Made by a program: the position numbers and the translations under genes. A DNA stretch of 64,000 bases, from positions 128,001 to 192,000 of the forward strand of contig CAWIGG010000005.1 of assembly GCA_963835575.1 (NCBI GenBank). Direction: 5' to 3'. The notes under the pieces were generated by a model. It was not told the origin of the DNA. It saw only the letters and a program-made list of their open reading frames with translations, and searched no databases. This document shows, piece by piece, positions 31,045-39,631 of this stretch. Each line of letters opens with the position of its first letter. The stretch's first letter is position 1. The DNA is from an uncultured Spirochaetota bacterium (GTDB lineage Bacteria; Spirochaetota; Brevinematia; Brevinematales; JAOACQ01).

Positions 31045-32017
31045 GTTGTACATCATGCGGCCACACTTTAAGTTAAAAAAAGGAGTAAAAATGTTAATTG
31101 ATAATTGGCTTAAAAACAATTCATCTACTGTTAATTGGAATTTTATTTATAATGATTGGCAAGATATGCAATTATATTACAATTGTTGGCGAGATTTACA
31201 AGTTCATACTATTATTCAATCCGTATTATCACTACCTTTTGATAAAATTAATGTCATTGATTTATGTTGTGGCCCAGGCACTCTATCAAAATCCTTGTTA
31301 GAAAAAGACAGTAGAATTAATATTATTGCCATTGATGCGAATAAATTTTTATTGTCTGTTTATAAAAATATTTTGAAGAATTATAGCAACAGATTTGCAA
31401 TAATTGAATCAGATATAAGAAATCCTGATTTGTATGATAATATTCATGAAGAAATTCATGCAGTAATATCATTAACAGCTCTTCATTGGTTATCCGCAGA
31501 AAATCATAAAAGTTATATGAAAACATTTATAAGCTGCTTGTTAATAAAGGAATATTTTTAAATGGTGATCCTATTAATTTAGAATCTCAGTATTTTAAGA
31601 ATGTTGATTATAAAATAAGTACAGATAAAAATATTGATTGGAACACTTTTTGGAATAACATTTATAATACATATAATCTAAAAAATGAAATTGAAGAAAT
31701 GAATAATCTTCTATCAATTTTTGAAGGATCTGAAGATGGATATTCAAGAGATTTCTATCTTAACTCATTAAAAGAAGCTGGATTTAATGGTTATGAAATT
31801 TTGTTCCTATCCGGGAAAAGATGTGTATATGGCGGCATTAAATGAATGTGGCCGCACAGCGTGCAACTCGGCGTTTGCGCTCTGCTCCTCGGCCTACGAC
31901 CTGTGCGATCGGGTTCGCCCGGCGGTCAGCAGGCCGCAGAAGAAGAACGCCGGGCTCACCAAACCCGCTCGGCAAGAGCGAAGCTCTAAGCCTCGCGGGC
32001 TTCGCAAACGCCTACCG
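31045..32017 (+). mobile_element. Integron-type gene cassette 1
   Basis: Begins GTTGTACATCATGCGGCCACA. After the gene comes TGTGGCCGCACAGCGTGCAAC (reverse complement GTTGCACGCTGTGCGGCCACA), then the attC hairpin. Very low-GC ORF. Confidence 0.75.
31091..31845 (+). CDS. Class I SAM-dependent methyltransferase (cassette gene), frameshifted at ~31510
   Basis: VIDLCCGPG, AIDAN, ISLTALHWL motifs. Adding one A in the cataaaag run continues KLYENIYKLL...GIFLNGD...LKEAGF...YGGIK to TGA 31843-31845. Confidence 0.8.
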
Positions 32018-32023
32018 TTAAAT
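31861..32023 (+). other. attC-like recombination site
   Basis: R'' GTGCAAC (31861-31867) and R' GTTAAAT (32017-32023); inner perfect arms ggcgtttgcg / cgcaaacgcc plus nested gcccggcg/cgccgggc stems. GC-rich island between two AT-rich ORFs. Confidence 0.75.
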
Positions 32024-32061
32024 GTCATGCCTCGCAACGATAATATTTAAGGAGTTATAAA

Positions 32062-32652
32062 ATGTTTCATAATATTTCATCAAAAATATTACAAAGAATG
32101 AATTATTTAGAGGAAATTGATCGAAAAGATAGAAATGATGGAACACCAAGAATGCAAAGATTAAGACAAATTCCTCCAGAAACAGGTAAATTTATATCGC
32201 TGATAGCTTCAAGCTGTCCAAACGGCGAATTTATTGAAATCGGAACAAGTGCAGGTTATTCAACAATGTGGCTGTCCTTAGCGGCAAAAGAAAGAAATAT
32301 TAGAATCAAAACTTTTGAAATATTGCCGGAAAAAATAAAATTAGCTAAAGAAACATTTAAAATAGCTGATATTGAAAATTATGTCGAATTGATTGAAGGA
32401 GATTTCTTAGAAAAAGGAAAAAATATAAATAACATAGCTTTTTGTTTTTTAGATGCGGAAAAGGAAATATATGAAAAAAGTTTTGACATCGTTTCAGCAA
32501 ATTTGGTAAAAAATGGTTTGATTATAGCTGATAATGCTATTAATCATTATGAAAAAATAAAACCGATGATTGATAAAGCAGAAAATGATAATAGTTTTGA
32601 TTGTTTAACAGTACCGATTGGAAAAGGTGAATTTCTATGTAGAAAAATATAA
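32062..32652 (+). CDS. O-methyltransferase (caffeoyl-CoA OMT/YrrM-like), cassette 2 gene
   Basis: [27 protein letters not shown] motifs. Bounded by GTTAAATGTCATGCCTC and its inverse GAGGCATGGCATTCAA. Confidence 0.85.
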   Translation: MFHNISSKILQRMNYLEEIDRKDRNDGTPRMQRLRQIPPETGKFISLIASSCPNGEFIEIGTSAGYSTMWLSLAAKERNIRIKTFEILPEKIKLAKETFKIADIENYVELIEGDFLEKGKNINNIAFCFLDAEKEIYEKSFDIVSANLVKNGLIIADNAINHYEKIKPMIDKAENDNSFDCLTVPIGKGEFLCRKI

Positions 32653-32682
32653 ACCGATTTTGAGGCATGGCATTCAAGAGCG

Positions 32683-34360
32683 GAGTCTGTCGCAAAAGCA
32701 ATAAAACGAATCAGCAATGTCCTATTGAAAATGGCTTTTTTAAAATTTTATAACTTTCTCGGGTAATATGATCACTCAGTCCGGATTTTTTACTATTTTC
32801 AGTCCCCTAATCCTACAATTTAATCCCCAAAGCCGCCATTTTCCTGAAATTGTACGCAATGCAGACCATATGCCAGATAGTGTTTACACTATCCAGACCG
32901 CGGTAGTAAAACCTTCCGAAGTTGAAGTACTCTTTTATCGTCCCGAAAATGTGCTCGATCAGGCAGGCACGCTCATTGTAAGTTCTTTTACCTTCAATAC
33001 TCCTAAGCTTTTCCTTCATCTTGCGCCTTAATTCAACCGTTTCAAAATATTCATACTTTACATTAAACCGTTTGTTTTTTAATGCTTCCAGCTTACCGGC
33101 GCAATTTGAAAGCAGCTTGCACTTCCTGCACAACTCGCGCTTTGGATAGAAACGGTAATTCTTGACTCCCCGATCATTATAAGCTCTTTCCGCGCACATA
33201 ATCTGGCCTCCGGGGCATTTGATTTTCCTGATATTACCGTCAATTATTAATTCACAGTCTTTGGATGTTATTTTATCCTTGTTCTTTCTCTTTTTCGGAC
33301 TTCCGTCTTCTTCTTTTCCTTCGGGGATATAAAGGTCGATCTTTTTATCTTCACCGTATTGGATATTATCCGATGTGAAATATCCGGCGTCCAGCGTGAA
33401 CTTTGTGTCTTCCTTCGGCTCTTCCTGGTGATCCATTACTTCCTCTATCATCGGGACAGCAAGGTTACGGTCGCTTGCGCAGTCTGATACCATCGCGCCG
33501 GTCAGAAATTCATTTTTACTGTCAACGGCGGCCTGGCAATTATACCCGGGGCCGATTGATCCGTTATTCATTTTCATTAACCTGGCGTCTTTGTCTGTCA
33601 GGTTTACGCTTTCCGTTTCGTCTAAATTCCTGTCCTCAACTGTTTTCAGAAATTTATCTATCCCGGATTTCTGCTGTTCAAACTTCTTGAGTTTATTTGC
33701 CATCCTTTTGGAATATTTATCATCGGTATTGCTGTTCACCGTTTCCTGGAGGATTTTTAAGATCTTTTCCTCGATTTTATCCTTTTTATCCCGGAATTCC
33801 TTCGCATTCCCCGTGAAATTCCTGTTGGCCGATGCCTTTATCTTTGTACCGTCTATAGCTTCCAGTTCATAACTGATAAAACCCGATTTCGCCAGAATGT
33901 ATACCATTTTCCCGAAAATACTAACGATTTCATCCAGGTATTTATTGATAAATCTACAGATATTACTGTGGTCAACGGTGGTATTTCCCGCGAGATAAAT
34001 CGTGTTCAGGTCGTTTTTCATCCTTTTTTCTATTTTACGTGAAGTGTAAATACCGGACGCGAAGCTGTAAAACAGGACTTTCAGCATCATTGTAGGGTTG
34101 ACCGCTTTTGCTCCCGTTGTTTGATTCCGCAGTTTAACGGCAAATTCAGCGGGGGAAATATAGCTCTCAACATAATCGTCAATGACTTTGACCAGCAGAT
34201 TGTTTTCCCTGATTTTGTCGGGATCGACGGTCAGCCAGTAGATTTGATCGCGAATATATTTTTTGAATTTCCCCAGCATTTGACACCTCTTAAATATGGT
34301 TTTATTATATTCTATCGTAAGTTATGAAAAATGTACATGAAGAGCTTTTGCGACAGACTC
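32683..34360 (-). mobile_element. IS1182-like insertion sequence #2, inserted in the cassette-2 attC
   Basis: Perfect 17-bp TIRs gagtctgtcgcaaaagc / gcttttgcgacagactc; 4-bp duplication AGCG (32679-32682, 34361-34364). Confidence 0.9.
32813..34279 (-). CDS. IS1182-family DDE transposase
   Basis: MMLKVLFY, SRKIE, DHSNICRF, IDGTKIKASA, TDKDAR, GYNCQAAVD, LDAGY, IEHIFGTIK motifs. Confidence 0.9.
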   Translation of the reverse strand: MLGKFKKYIRDQIYWLTVDPDKIRENNLLVKVIDDYVESYISPAEFAVKLRNQTTGAKAVNPTMMLKVLFYSFASGIYTSRKIEKRMKNDLNTIYLAGNTTVDHSNICRFINKYLDEIVSIFGKMVYILAKSGFISYELEAIDGTKIKASANRNFTGNAKEFRDKKDKIEEKILKILQETVNSNTDDKYSKRMANKLKKFEQQKSGIDKFLKTVEDRNLDETESVNLTDKDARLMKMNNGSIGPGYNCQAAVDSKNEFLTGAMVSDCASDRNLAVPMIEEVMDHQEEPKEDTKFTLDAGYFTSDNIQYGEDKKIDLYIPEGKEEDGSPKKRKNKDKITSKDCELIIDGNIRKIKCPGGQIMCAERAYNDRGVKNYRFYPKRELCRKCKLLSNCAGKLEALKNKRFNVKYEYFETVELRRKMKEKLRSIEGKRTYNERACLIEHIFGTIKEYFNFGRFYYRGLDSVNTIWHMVCIAYNFRKMAALGIKL

Positions 34361-34511
34361 AGCGGTTCAGTTCCCCGTATTAACCCAATTACTAATAATT
34401 ACTTTTTAATCCTCATTTAATTGTTTCATTTCAATAGAGTTAATATAATTGCAGAAAAACTCTATTTTAATTTCTTTTTTTTAACAGTCGTAGCCTAATA
34501 CCTCATTCCTC

Positions 34512-34612
34512 TTCTGTGAAATCTGTGTAATCTGTGGTTACATTACCCCTTGATCTTCTCAAATCTCAATACCCTCCGTGCCCTCCGTCTCTCTCAGTGC
34601 TCCCTGTGTTAA
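34512..34612. repeat. Right arms of periodic repeats (C', B')
   Basis: ttctgtgaaatctgtgtaatctgtggtt 34512-34539 and ccctccgtgccctccgtctctctcagtgctccctgtgttaa 34572-34612, inverted relative to the C/B-type arms at 30580-30736. Confidence 0.65.
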
Positions 34613-34744
34613 ACTCCCGTAGGCGACTCCCAAAAGACAGGCTCCTGGTTTACTCAAATATTTCTTTTCTAACAATCCCTTCCCGTCTTGTAAGCTATAT
34701 TTTGGAGAAAAAGTTTACAAAAAATAATTCTTCAGTAGAATACC

Positions 34745-34915
34745 TCCTTGTGGAAGTTGTTGCTCACTACCCGCCTGCCTTCTGGTTTGAAACCAAGGCA
34801 CACAGGAAGATTGCCAACTCCACAAGGACCGTTTTGGTCTCTTAAAACAATTGCCAGGATATTCCCTTGAATAATCCTGTCGCTCATTACAAGGGTGCCG
34901 AAATGGAACGGTCTG
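34745..34915 (+). ncRNA. Predicted IS110 bridge RNA
   Basis: Two stem-internal loop-stem modules. Module 1: ccttgtgga.gttg/caactccacaagg enclosing cccgcct and acaggaaga. Module 2: gaccgtt/aacggtc enclosing taaaacaat and ttacaag. Upstream TTTACA-16-TAGAAT promoter (34714-34741). Confidence 0.75.
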
Positions 34916-34931
34916 ATATTTTAATCTGCTG

Positions 34932-36606
34932 TTGCCTGTCGGTTTTTATAACATGCTTCATGGACATACGGCAGGGTTCCCGTTAAAATAAAACGGGAGA
35001 AAAAGATGGCAAGATTTGAAAAGAACAGCCTGGAGCAGGGTGAGTTCCTCGCGATCAATATAGGCGAGCAGTTTGATGAGAATTCCAGAGAATTTATACT
35101 AAAAGAATTCATCAAAAACCGTATTAAACTGGAGGATTTCGCGGCTTACTATAAGAACGACCATAGAGGCAGAGAGATTAAAAATCCTCGGGATGTGATC
35201 TGTGCGGTACTCTACGGTTACATTACGGGAAATCGTATCAGCCGAAAGATAGAAGATTTGCTGAAAAAACACATTGGGTTTATGTATGTTTCAAACCGGC
35301 TGAAAATTGACCATTCGGTAATTTGCGAGTTCAAGGTACTTTTTCAGGAAAAGATCGAGGAGTTGTTCAGCCAGCTTTTATATATACTCAACGAAATGGG
35401 GTCTATAGATTGGGACATGGTAGTGGGTGACGGCACAAAGATCAAGGCCTACGCGAGTAAGAATAAGAATGTGGGAAAGAAACATACCCGGAAGCTGATG
35501 GACACTTACCAGAAGATGGCGGAAAAGATTGTGAAACAAGACCTGGAACTGGAAGAATCTTACCGGGAAGGCAAGCTGGAGCAGCCTTATTACGAAGCGG
35601 AGAAGAAGCGGGTATCAAGGCGGAAAAAGATTTACGATAGTGTTTTGAACCAAATCGATGAATACAAAAAACAGGTAGAGAGAGGGGAAAAGACAGACGA
35701 AGAATTCACCAACCTGACTGATCCCGAAAGCAAGCTGATGTCTGGAAATCCGCATAGTGTGTTTATACAGGGATATAATTCGGCGATGATGGTCAGTAAT
35801 AATGATGTGATTATAGATTTTGAAGCAATCACAACACCGGAAAAACAGCATACGGAAGAAATGGTAAAGAGGGTGGAACAGAAAAAAGCGGAATTAAAAG
35901 TTGATAAGGCTAGCAAATACCTTTTTGATTCGGGTTTTCAGGACATGGAAGAGACAATCCGGATGGTGGAGGAAGGAAAAGACCTTTATGTGGATACGAA
36001 AGAGCGGGATTTCAGTGATAAATCACAGAAGCGAAGAGACTTTAAACTGGAAAAGATTGATGACGAATATATCCTGGGATGCCGGGGCGGCCGTAAGGAA
36101 AATGGGTATTTAGATCGAAATAACCAAAGATATACATTTTTGTATTCACGGAAGGGCTGTGAAAGATGTCCATTTTTCAGTGAGTGTTATAAAAACATCA
36201 AACCGAAAACACAGCAAAAGACAGTAATTTTCAGTGAGTTTGAATTGAATAATCGGTCTAAGATTGATGCTTATTTAACAAAACTTTACAGCGAAGAAGG
36301 GCAAAAGATATACAACCGCAGGATAGGTAAAGAACACGTATTTTCAAACATCAAAACACAGAAGGGTTATGTTCAGACAGTTTACAGAGGTCAACGGAAA
36401 GTGAATTTGGAGCTATGCTGGGTATCCCTTGCGCATAATTTTATGAAATATGCCCAATATTTGAGAAAATAGAGAGGATTTTGTATAGTCTGAGTATCGA
36501 TTATTCGAAATTTATTATTAAAATCAGCTAAGCTGACAAAATTTTTATTTGCCCGCTTATTGTAAGGGGCTGGTTTGACTCCGAAAATGAAATAACCGAC
36601 AGGCAA
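34932..36606 (+). mobile_element. IS1182-like insertion sequence #3, nested in the IS110
   Basis: TIRs ttgcctgtcggtt / aaccgacaggcaa; 4-bp duplication GCTG (34928-34931, 36607-36610). Confidence 0.85.
35006..36472 (+). CDS. Divergent IS1182-like DDE transposase
   Basis: LYGYITG...SRKIE, DHSVICEF, DGTKIKAYAS, NLTDPES, QGYN, FDSGF, EHVFSNIK, LAHN motifs. Confidence 0.85.
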   Translation: MARFEKNSLEQGEFLAINIGEQFDENSREFILKEFIKNRIKLEDFAAYYKNDHRGREIKNPRDVICAVLYGYITGNRISRKIEDLLKKHIGFMYVSNRLKIDHSVICEFKVLFQEKIEELFSQLLYILNEMGSIDWDMVVGDGTKIKAYASKNKNVGKKHTRKLMDTYQKMAEKIVKQDLELEESYREGKLEQPYYEAEKKRVSRRKKIYDSVLNQIDEYKKQVERGEKTDEEFTNLTDPESKLMSGNPHSVFIQGYNSAMMVSNNDVIIDFEAITTPEKQHTEEMVKRVEQKKAELKVDKASKYLFDSGFQDMEETIRMVEEGKDLYVDTKERDFSDKSQKRRDFKLEKIDDEYILGCRGGRKENGYLDRNNQRYTFLYSRKGCERCPFFSECYKNIKPKTQQKTVIFSEFELNNRSKIDAYLTKLYSEEGQKIYNRRIGKEHVFSNIKTQKGYVQTVYRGQRKVNLELCWVSLAHNFMKYAQYLRK

Positions 36607-36619
36607 GCTGGAGGAAAAA

Positions 36620-37894
36620 ATGCTAATCCGGGATGCTATCGGGATTGATCCCGATTCACAACAGTATGTGTGTATGTATGTCAAAGCGGAAGACTGGAAA
36701 ACGGAACGGAAAGCCTTTCCGGTTACCACAAGCGGCCTTGATAATCTGATCGAATGGACTCGGTCGAAAAATGACCCGATTATCGCCATCGAGGGAAGCA
36801 ACGGGCAGAGTAAGCCCTTAGAGAAAGTGCTTCGTAAGGAATCGATGACCTATTACTCGTTTAAAGCAAGGGATGTTGAACAAAAGAGGAAAAGCCAGCT
36901 CCCGGCGGGAAAGAACAACGAAAAGGATGCTCATGCCGCCGCTCTTTTGGCTTTAGAGCGTGAAATGAACGGTTCTCTGGAAAAATGGAGAAGGGTCTAT
37001 CCTGTTGACAGCGAATTACAGACGATAACCCGGAAATATGAAAGTGTAAGCGGCAGGATCACAGAGGAAATATCCGGGCTGTGGAAGCTTTTATGCGAGG
37101 CTTCCCCGGATGTTTACCTGTTCTTAAGCGGCAAGAATATGGAGACGGATAACAGACGTAATGTTTTGAATAGCGCAGGAGTACTGAATTTGCTGTGTAA
37201 TTGTCCCGATTTAAGCCAATGGAGGAGATTAAGCGCGGAGAAAATGAAAGAGCTGATGGGTGGAGGCTCTTATAGAGGCCGGGATAAGACCATCGCCGGC
37301 TTACAGGTAATAGCCCAAAGAATCTTGGGTGTAGCGGGCCCCATTTCCATGATGATCCGGCAATCTGCTGAAAATATTATTCTTTTGAAAGGCCATAAGG
37401 AAGAAATGAAGAAGATTTTGGATAATCTGGCTGAATCCAGGGAAGCTGTCCGGGTTTTAGCCTATGACGAATCCAATGGCAATGGGTTGAAAGGAATCGG
37501 CGTGATCACTGCCTCTACGATGATAGCCGAGATTATTCATATCAATCGTTTTGTTAAAGAGGACAGCCTGGCGTTATATGCGGGATTCGGTATGGTGGAA
37601 GATGAAACCGGAAAGAAAAATAGGGGTGAAAGAAAGAAGATGAAACATACTCACGATTATAACCGCCGTTTGAAAAACGCCTTTATGAACGCGGCCAAGA
37701 ACTTTGTTCACTGGAATCCGGACCACCATATTTCCGGCATGCACAGGAATTTGATAAAAAATGGAATGAGCAGGCTCGAAGCGAATAAAAGGGTTGCCAG
37801 AGCATTAGTCCGTAAGATATTTCGGATATTAAAGGACTATGAGTCTGAAAATATAAGGAAAATGGAAGAAAACGGGGTGGCAAAAGTGGGTTAG
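36620..37894 (+). CDS. IS110-family recombinase/transposase
   Basis: N-terminal IGID...IAIEG...KNNEKDA RuvC-like domain; C-terminal LKGIGVITA..IAEI..INRF....LALYAG...NRRLKNA...VARALVR Transposase_20-like domain; GGAGG RBS. Confidence 0.85.
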   Translation: MLIRDAIGIDPDSQQYVCMYVKAEDWKTERKAFPVTTSGLDNLIEWTRSKNDPIIAIEGSNGQSKPLEKVLRKESMTYYSFKARDVEQKRKSQLPAGKNNEKDAHAAALLALEREMNGSLEKWRRVYPVDSELQTITRKYESVSGRITEEISGLWKLLCEASPDVYLFLSGKNMETDNRRNVLNSAGVLNLLCNCPDLSQWRRLSAEKMKELMGGGSYRGRDKTIAGLQVIAQRILGVAGPISMMIRQSAENIILLKGHKEEMKKILDNLAESREAVRVLAYDESNGNGLKGIGVITASTMIAEIIHINRFVKEDSLALYAGFGMVEDETGKKNRGERKKMKHTHDYNRRLKNAFMNAAKNFVHWNPDHHISGMHRNLIKNGMSRLEANKRVARALVRKIFRILKDYESENIRKMEENGVAKVG

Positions 37895-38034
37895 AAACCC
37901 TGCGGAAATATTCCGCGAGCAACACCTCCATTTTCTTCCGCCTTTATTATATCGAACTACTGAGGTTTTTTAAATATTTTGATCGTTTTTTTCTTGACTT
38001 AACTAAAACAATCTTCCTGTTAATTTACCCCCCA

Positions 38035-38063
38035 ATTCGCGTCCATTAGCGTGCATTCGCGGA
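38035..38063. repeat. Right arm A' of the 10-bp-period repeat
   Basis: attcgcgtccattagcgtgcattcgcgga matches the reverse complement of arm A (30531-30559) at 22/29. Confidence 0.7.
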
Positions 38064-38093
38064 TTATCCATCGGTCTCCCGCGAATACACAAT

Positions 38094-38124
38094 AAAAAAA
38101 CCCGGCAAATAATTGCCGGGTTTT
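38094..38124. terminator. Intrinsic terminator of the kinase/vWA operon
   Basis: aaaaaaacccggcaa-ataa-ttgccgggtttt. Confidence 0.75.
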
Positions 38125-38140
38125 ATTCTGTTATACCATT

Positions 38141-39559
38141 TTATTTCTTCTTCTTAATCTCCCCTTCATCGAACACGATCGTGGCGCCGCCGACATTCAG
38201 AACATCGCCGGATTCCAGTATTTTTGTCTTGACGGGCTTGTTGTTGACCATCACATCTTCCTTGCTCTTAAGCGTGTAGACCTGGGTCTTGCCGTCGAAT
38301 ATGATCGTCGCATGCTCGTCTTTGACGGACGGCGCGTTCATAATGGTCAGGTCCGCGTTTTTAGACCCTCCGATGATCGTCTGGCCCTTATTTAGTAACA
38401 GCGACTTGCTGATAATCGTTCCCTTCGGCGCGTCCAGAACTTCCAGCATGGGTTTTGTATTCGTATTCTTAAATTTAATGAGCGACAACAGCCATAATAA
38501 TAGAAGGGCAAGAAGAAGCGCCAGAAGAAGCCAGAGGGTAAATTCCTTTAAAGGCATGCCGAAGAGGACGCTCGAAAAATAATACCGGGTCGAGCTTACC
38601 TTGCTGTTATCACCTGCTGTCATATCCACTTTTACATATTTTTTGAGCGCGGGCTCCATTCCTGCCTTATAGGTGATCATAAACTCATTCAGGATCTGCT
38701 CTTTGATCCTGATATAAATATTCTTCAGTTCTTCCTCGTTTTTAGCGTCAAACACCACGCCGCCCGTGTTCTGTGAGATTGTTTTCAGACCAGTGTCCTT
38801 TTTATCGTTGCCGTAGTTTATAACAAATACCGACACGCCTTCCATCAGGCTTTTTTCAATAGCTTCCTGGTATTTAAAAATCTTTGTGCCGAAATCCTTG
38901 TGCGGCTTTTTGACATATTCATAATAGGGCATATTCTCGCCATCGGAAAGAATGATGACGGCTTTTCTGCCCGACACCTGTTTGAAATCTTCCATGGCCA
39001 GATACAGGCTTGAATAAATTTCAGTCCATGCTTCCTCGCTGGACGGTTTCTTGATCTCATTCAGGTAATTCGCGATCTTATTTTTATCATTAATGGGCAT
39101 TGAATAAATAGTATAAAATGAATTAAAGGAAGCGATCCCGACCGTGTCCCTCTGGTTTTTTATGCTCTGAAGAAAATTGACAATGGCTTTTTTCGCGCTG
39201 GAGATCCGCATATTATCCTCATCCGGGGTTTCCCTTCCGTTAAAATCATCATACATACTGCCGGAATTATCCAGAAGCAGAAGAAAATTAATACCGTTTT
39301 CATAATTCGCTTCCGGCTTGAAGTTCAATATTTTAACCGGTTTGAAATTCTTCTGGTCGGCGGATTCAGATACATTAAACCTGTTCTGCTCGATGTTTTT
39401 TACAGGATTACCCTTATTGTCCAGAACGCTGATGTATAAATTAATTTTCTGATTAAGCAGTAGACGGGAATTATCAATCTGCGAGATATTGACAGAATCG
39501 CCGAACACCCATTGAAAGACAAGAAATGATAAGACTATCAAAATAGATTTTTTAAACAT
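38141..39559 (-). CDS. Exported vWA-domain protein with TM helix and C-terminal FHA-like domain
   Basis: Signal peptide; MIDAS motif DNSGS...T...ILSDG; TM LWLLLALLLALLLLWLL; FHA-like IIGG..NADL.I....V...HA.I...VNN.PV....LESGDVL.VG. Confidence 0.85.
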   Translation of the reverse strand: MFKKSILIVLSFLVFQWVFGDSVNISQIDNSRLLLNQKINLYISVLDNKGNPVKNIEQNRFNVSESADQKNFKPVKILNFKPEANYENGINFLLLLDNSGSMYDDFNGRETPDEDNMRISSAKKAIVNFLQSIKNQRDTVGIASFNSFYTIYSMPINDKNKIANYLNEIKKPSSEEAWTEIYSSLYLAMEDFKQVSGRKAVIILSDGENMPYYEYVKKPHKDFGTKIFKYQEAIEKSLMEGVSVFVINYGNDKKDTGLKTISQNTGGVVFDAKNEEELKNIYIRIKEQILNEFMITYKAGMEPALKKYVKVDMTAGDNSKVSSTRYYFSSVLFGMPLKEFTLWLLLALLLALLLLWLLSLIKFKNTNTKPMLEVLDAPKGTIISKSLLLNKGQTIIGGSKNADLTIMNAPSVKDEHATIIFDGKTQVYTLKSKEDVMVNNKPVKTKILESGDVLNVGGATIVFDEGEIKKKK

Positions 39560-39631
39560 AATTTACTCCTTTTCCGTCAAAGTCCGCCGGCAGCGCTTTA
39601 CGCCGCATGCGTCTCTGTATGGAATATATTT

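Larger units (their letters stand above)
34687..38014 (+). mobile_element. IS110-family element (bridge-RNA type) carrying a nested IS1182-like element
   Basis: CT core at both ends (cccgtCTtgtaagc 34687-34688; aaaacaatCTtcctgt 38013-38014). Joining the ends gives TTGACT-17 bp-TAAGCT. The guide segments in the left end match both junctions. Confidence 0.8.

Noticed and set aside
34855..34879. caggat...atcctg as the partner of repeat arm D (30908-30964)
   Set aside because: It is a local stem within the predicted bridge RNA donor-binding loop, inside the IS110 boundaries.
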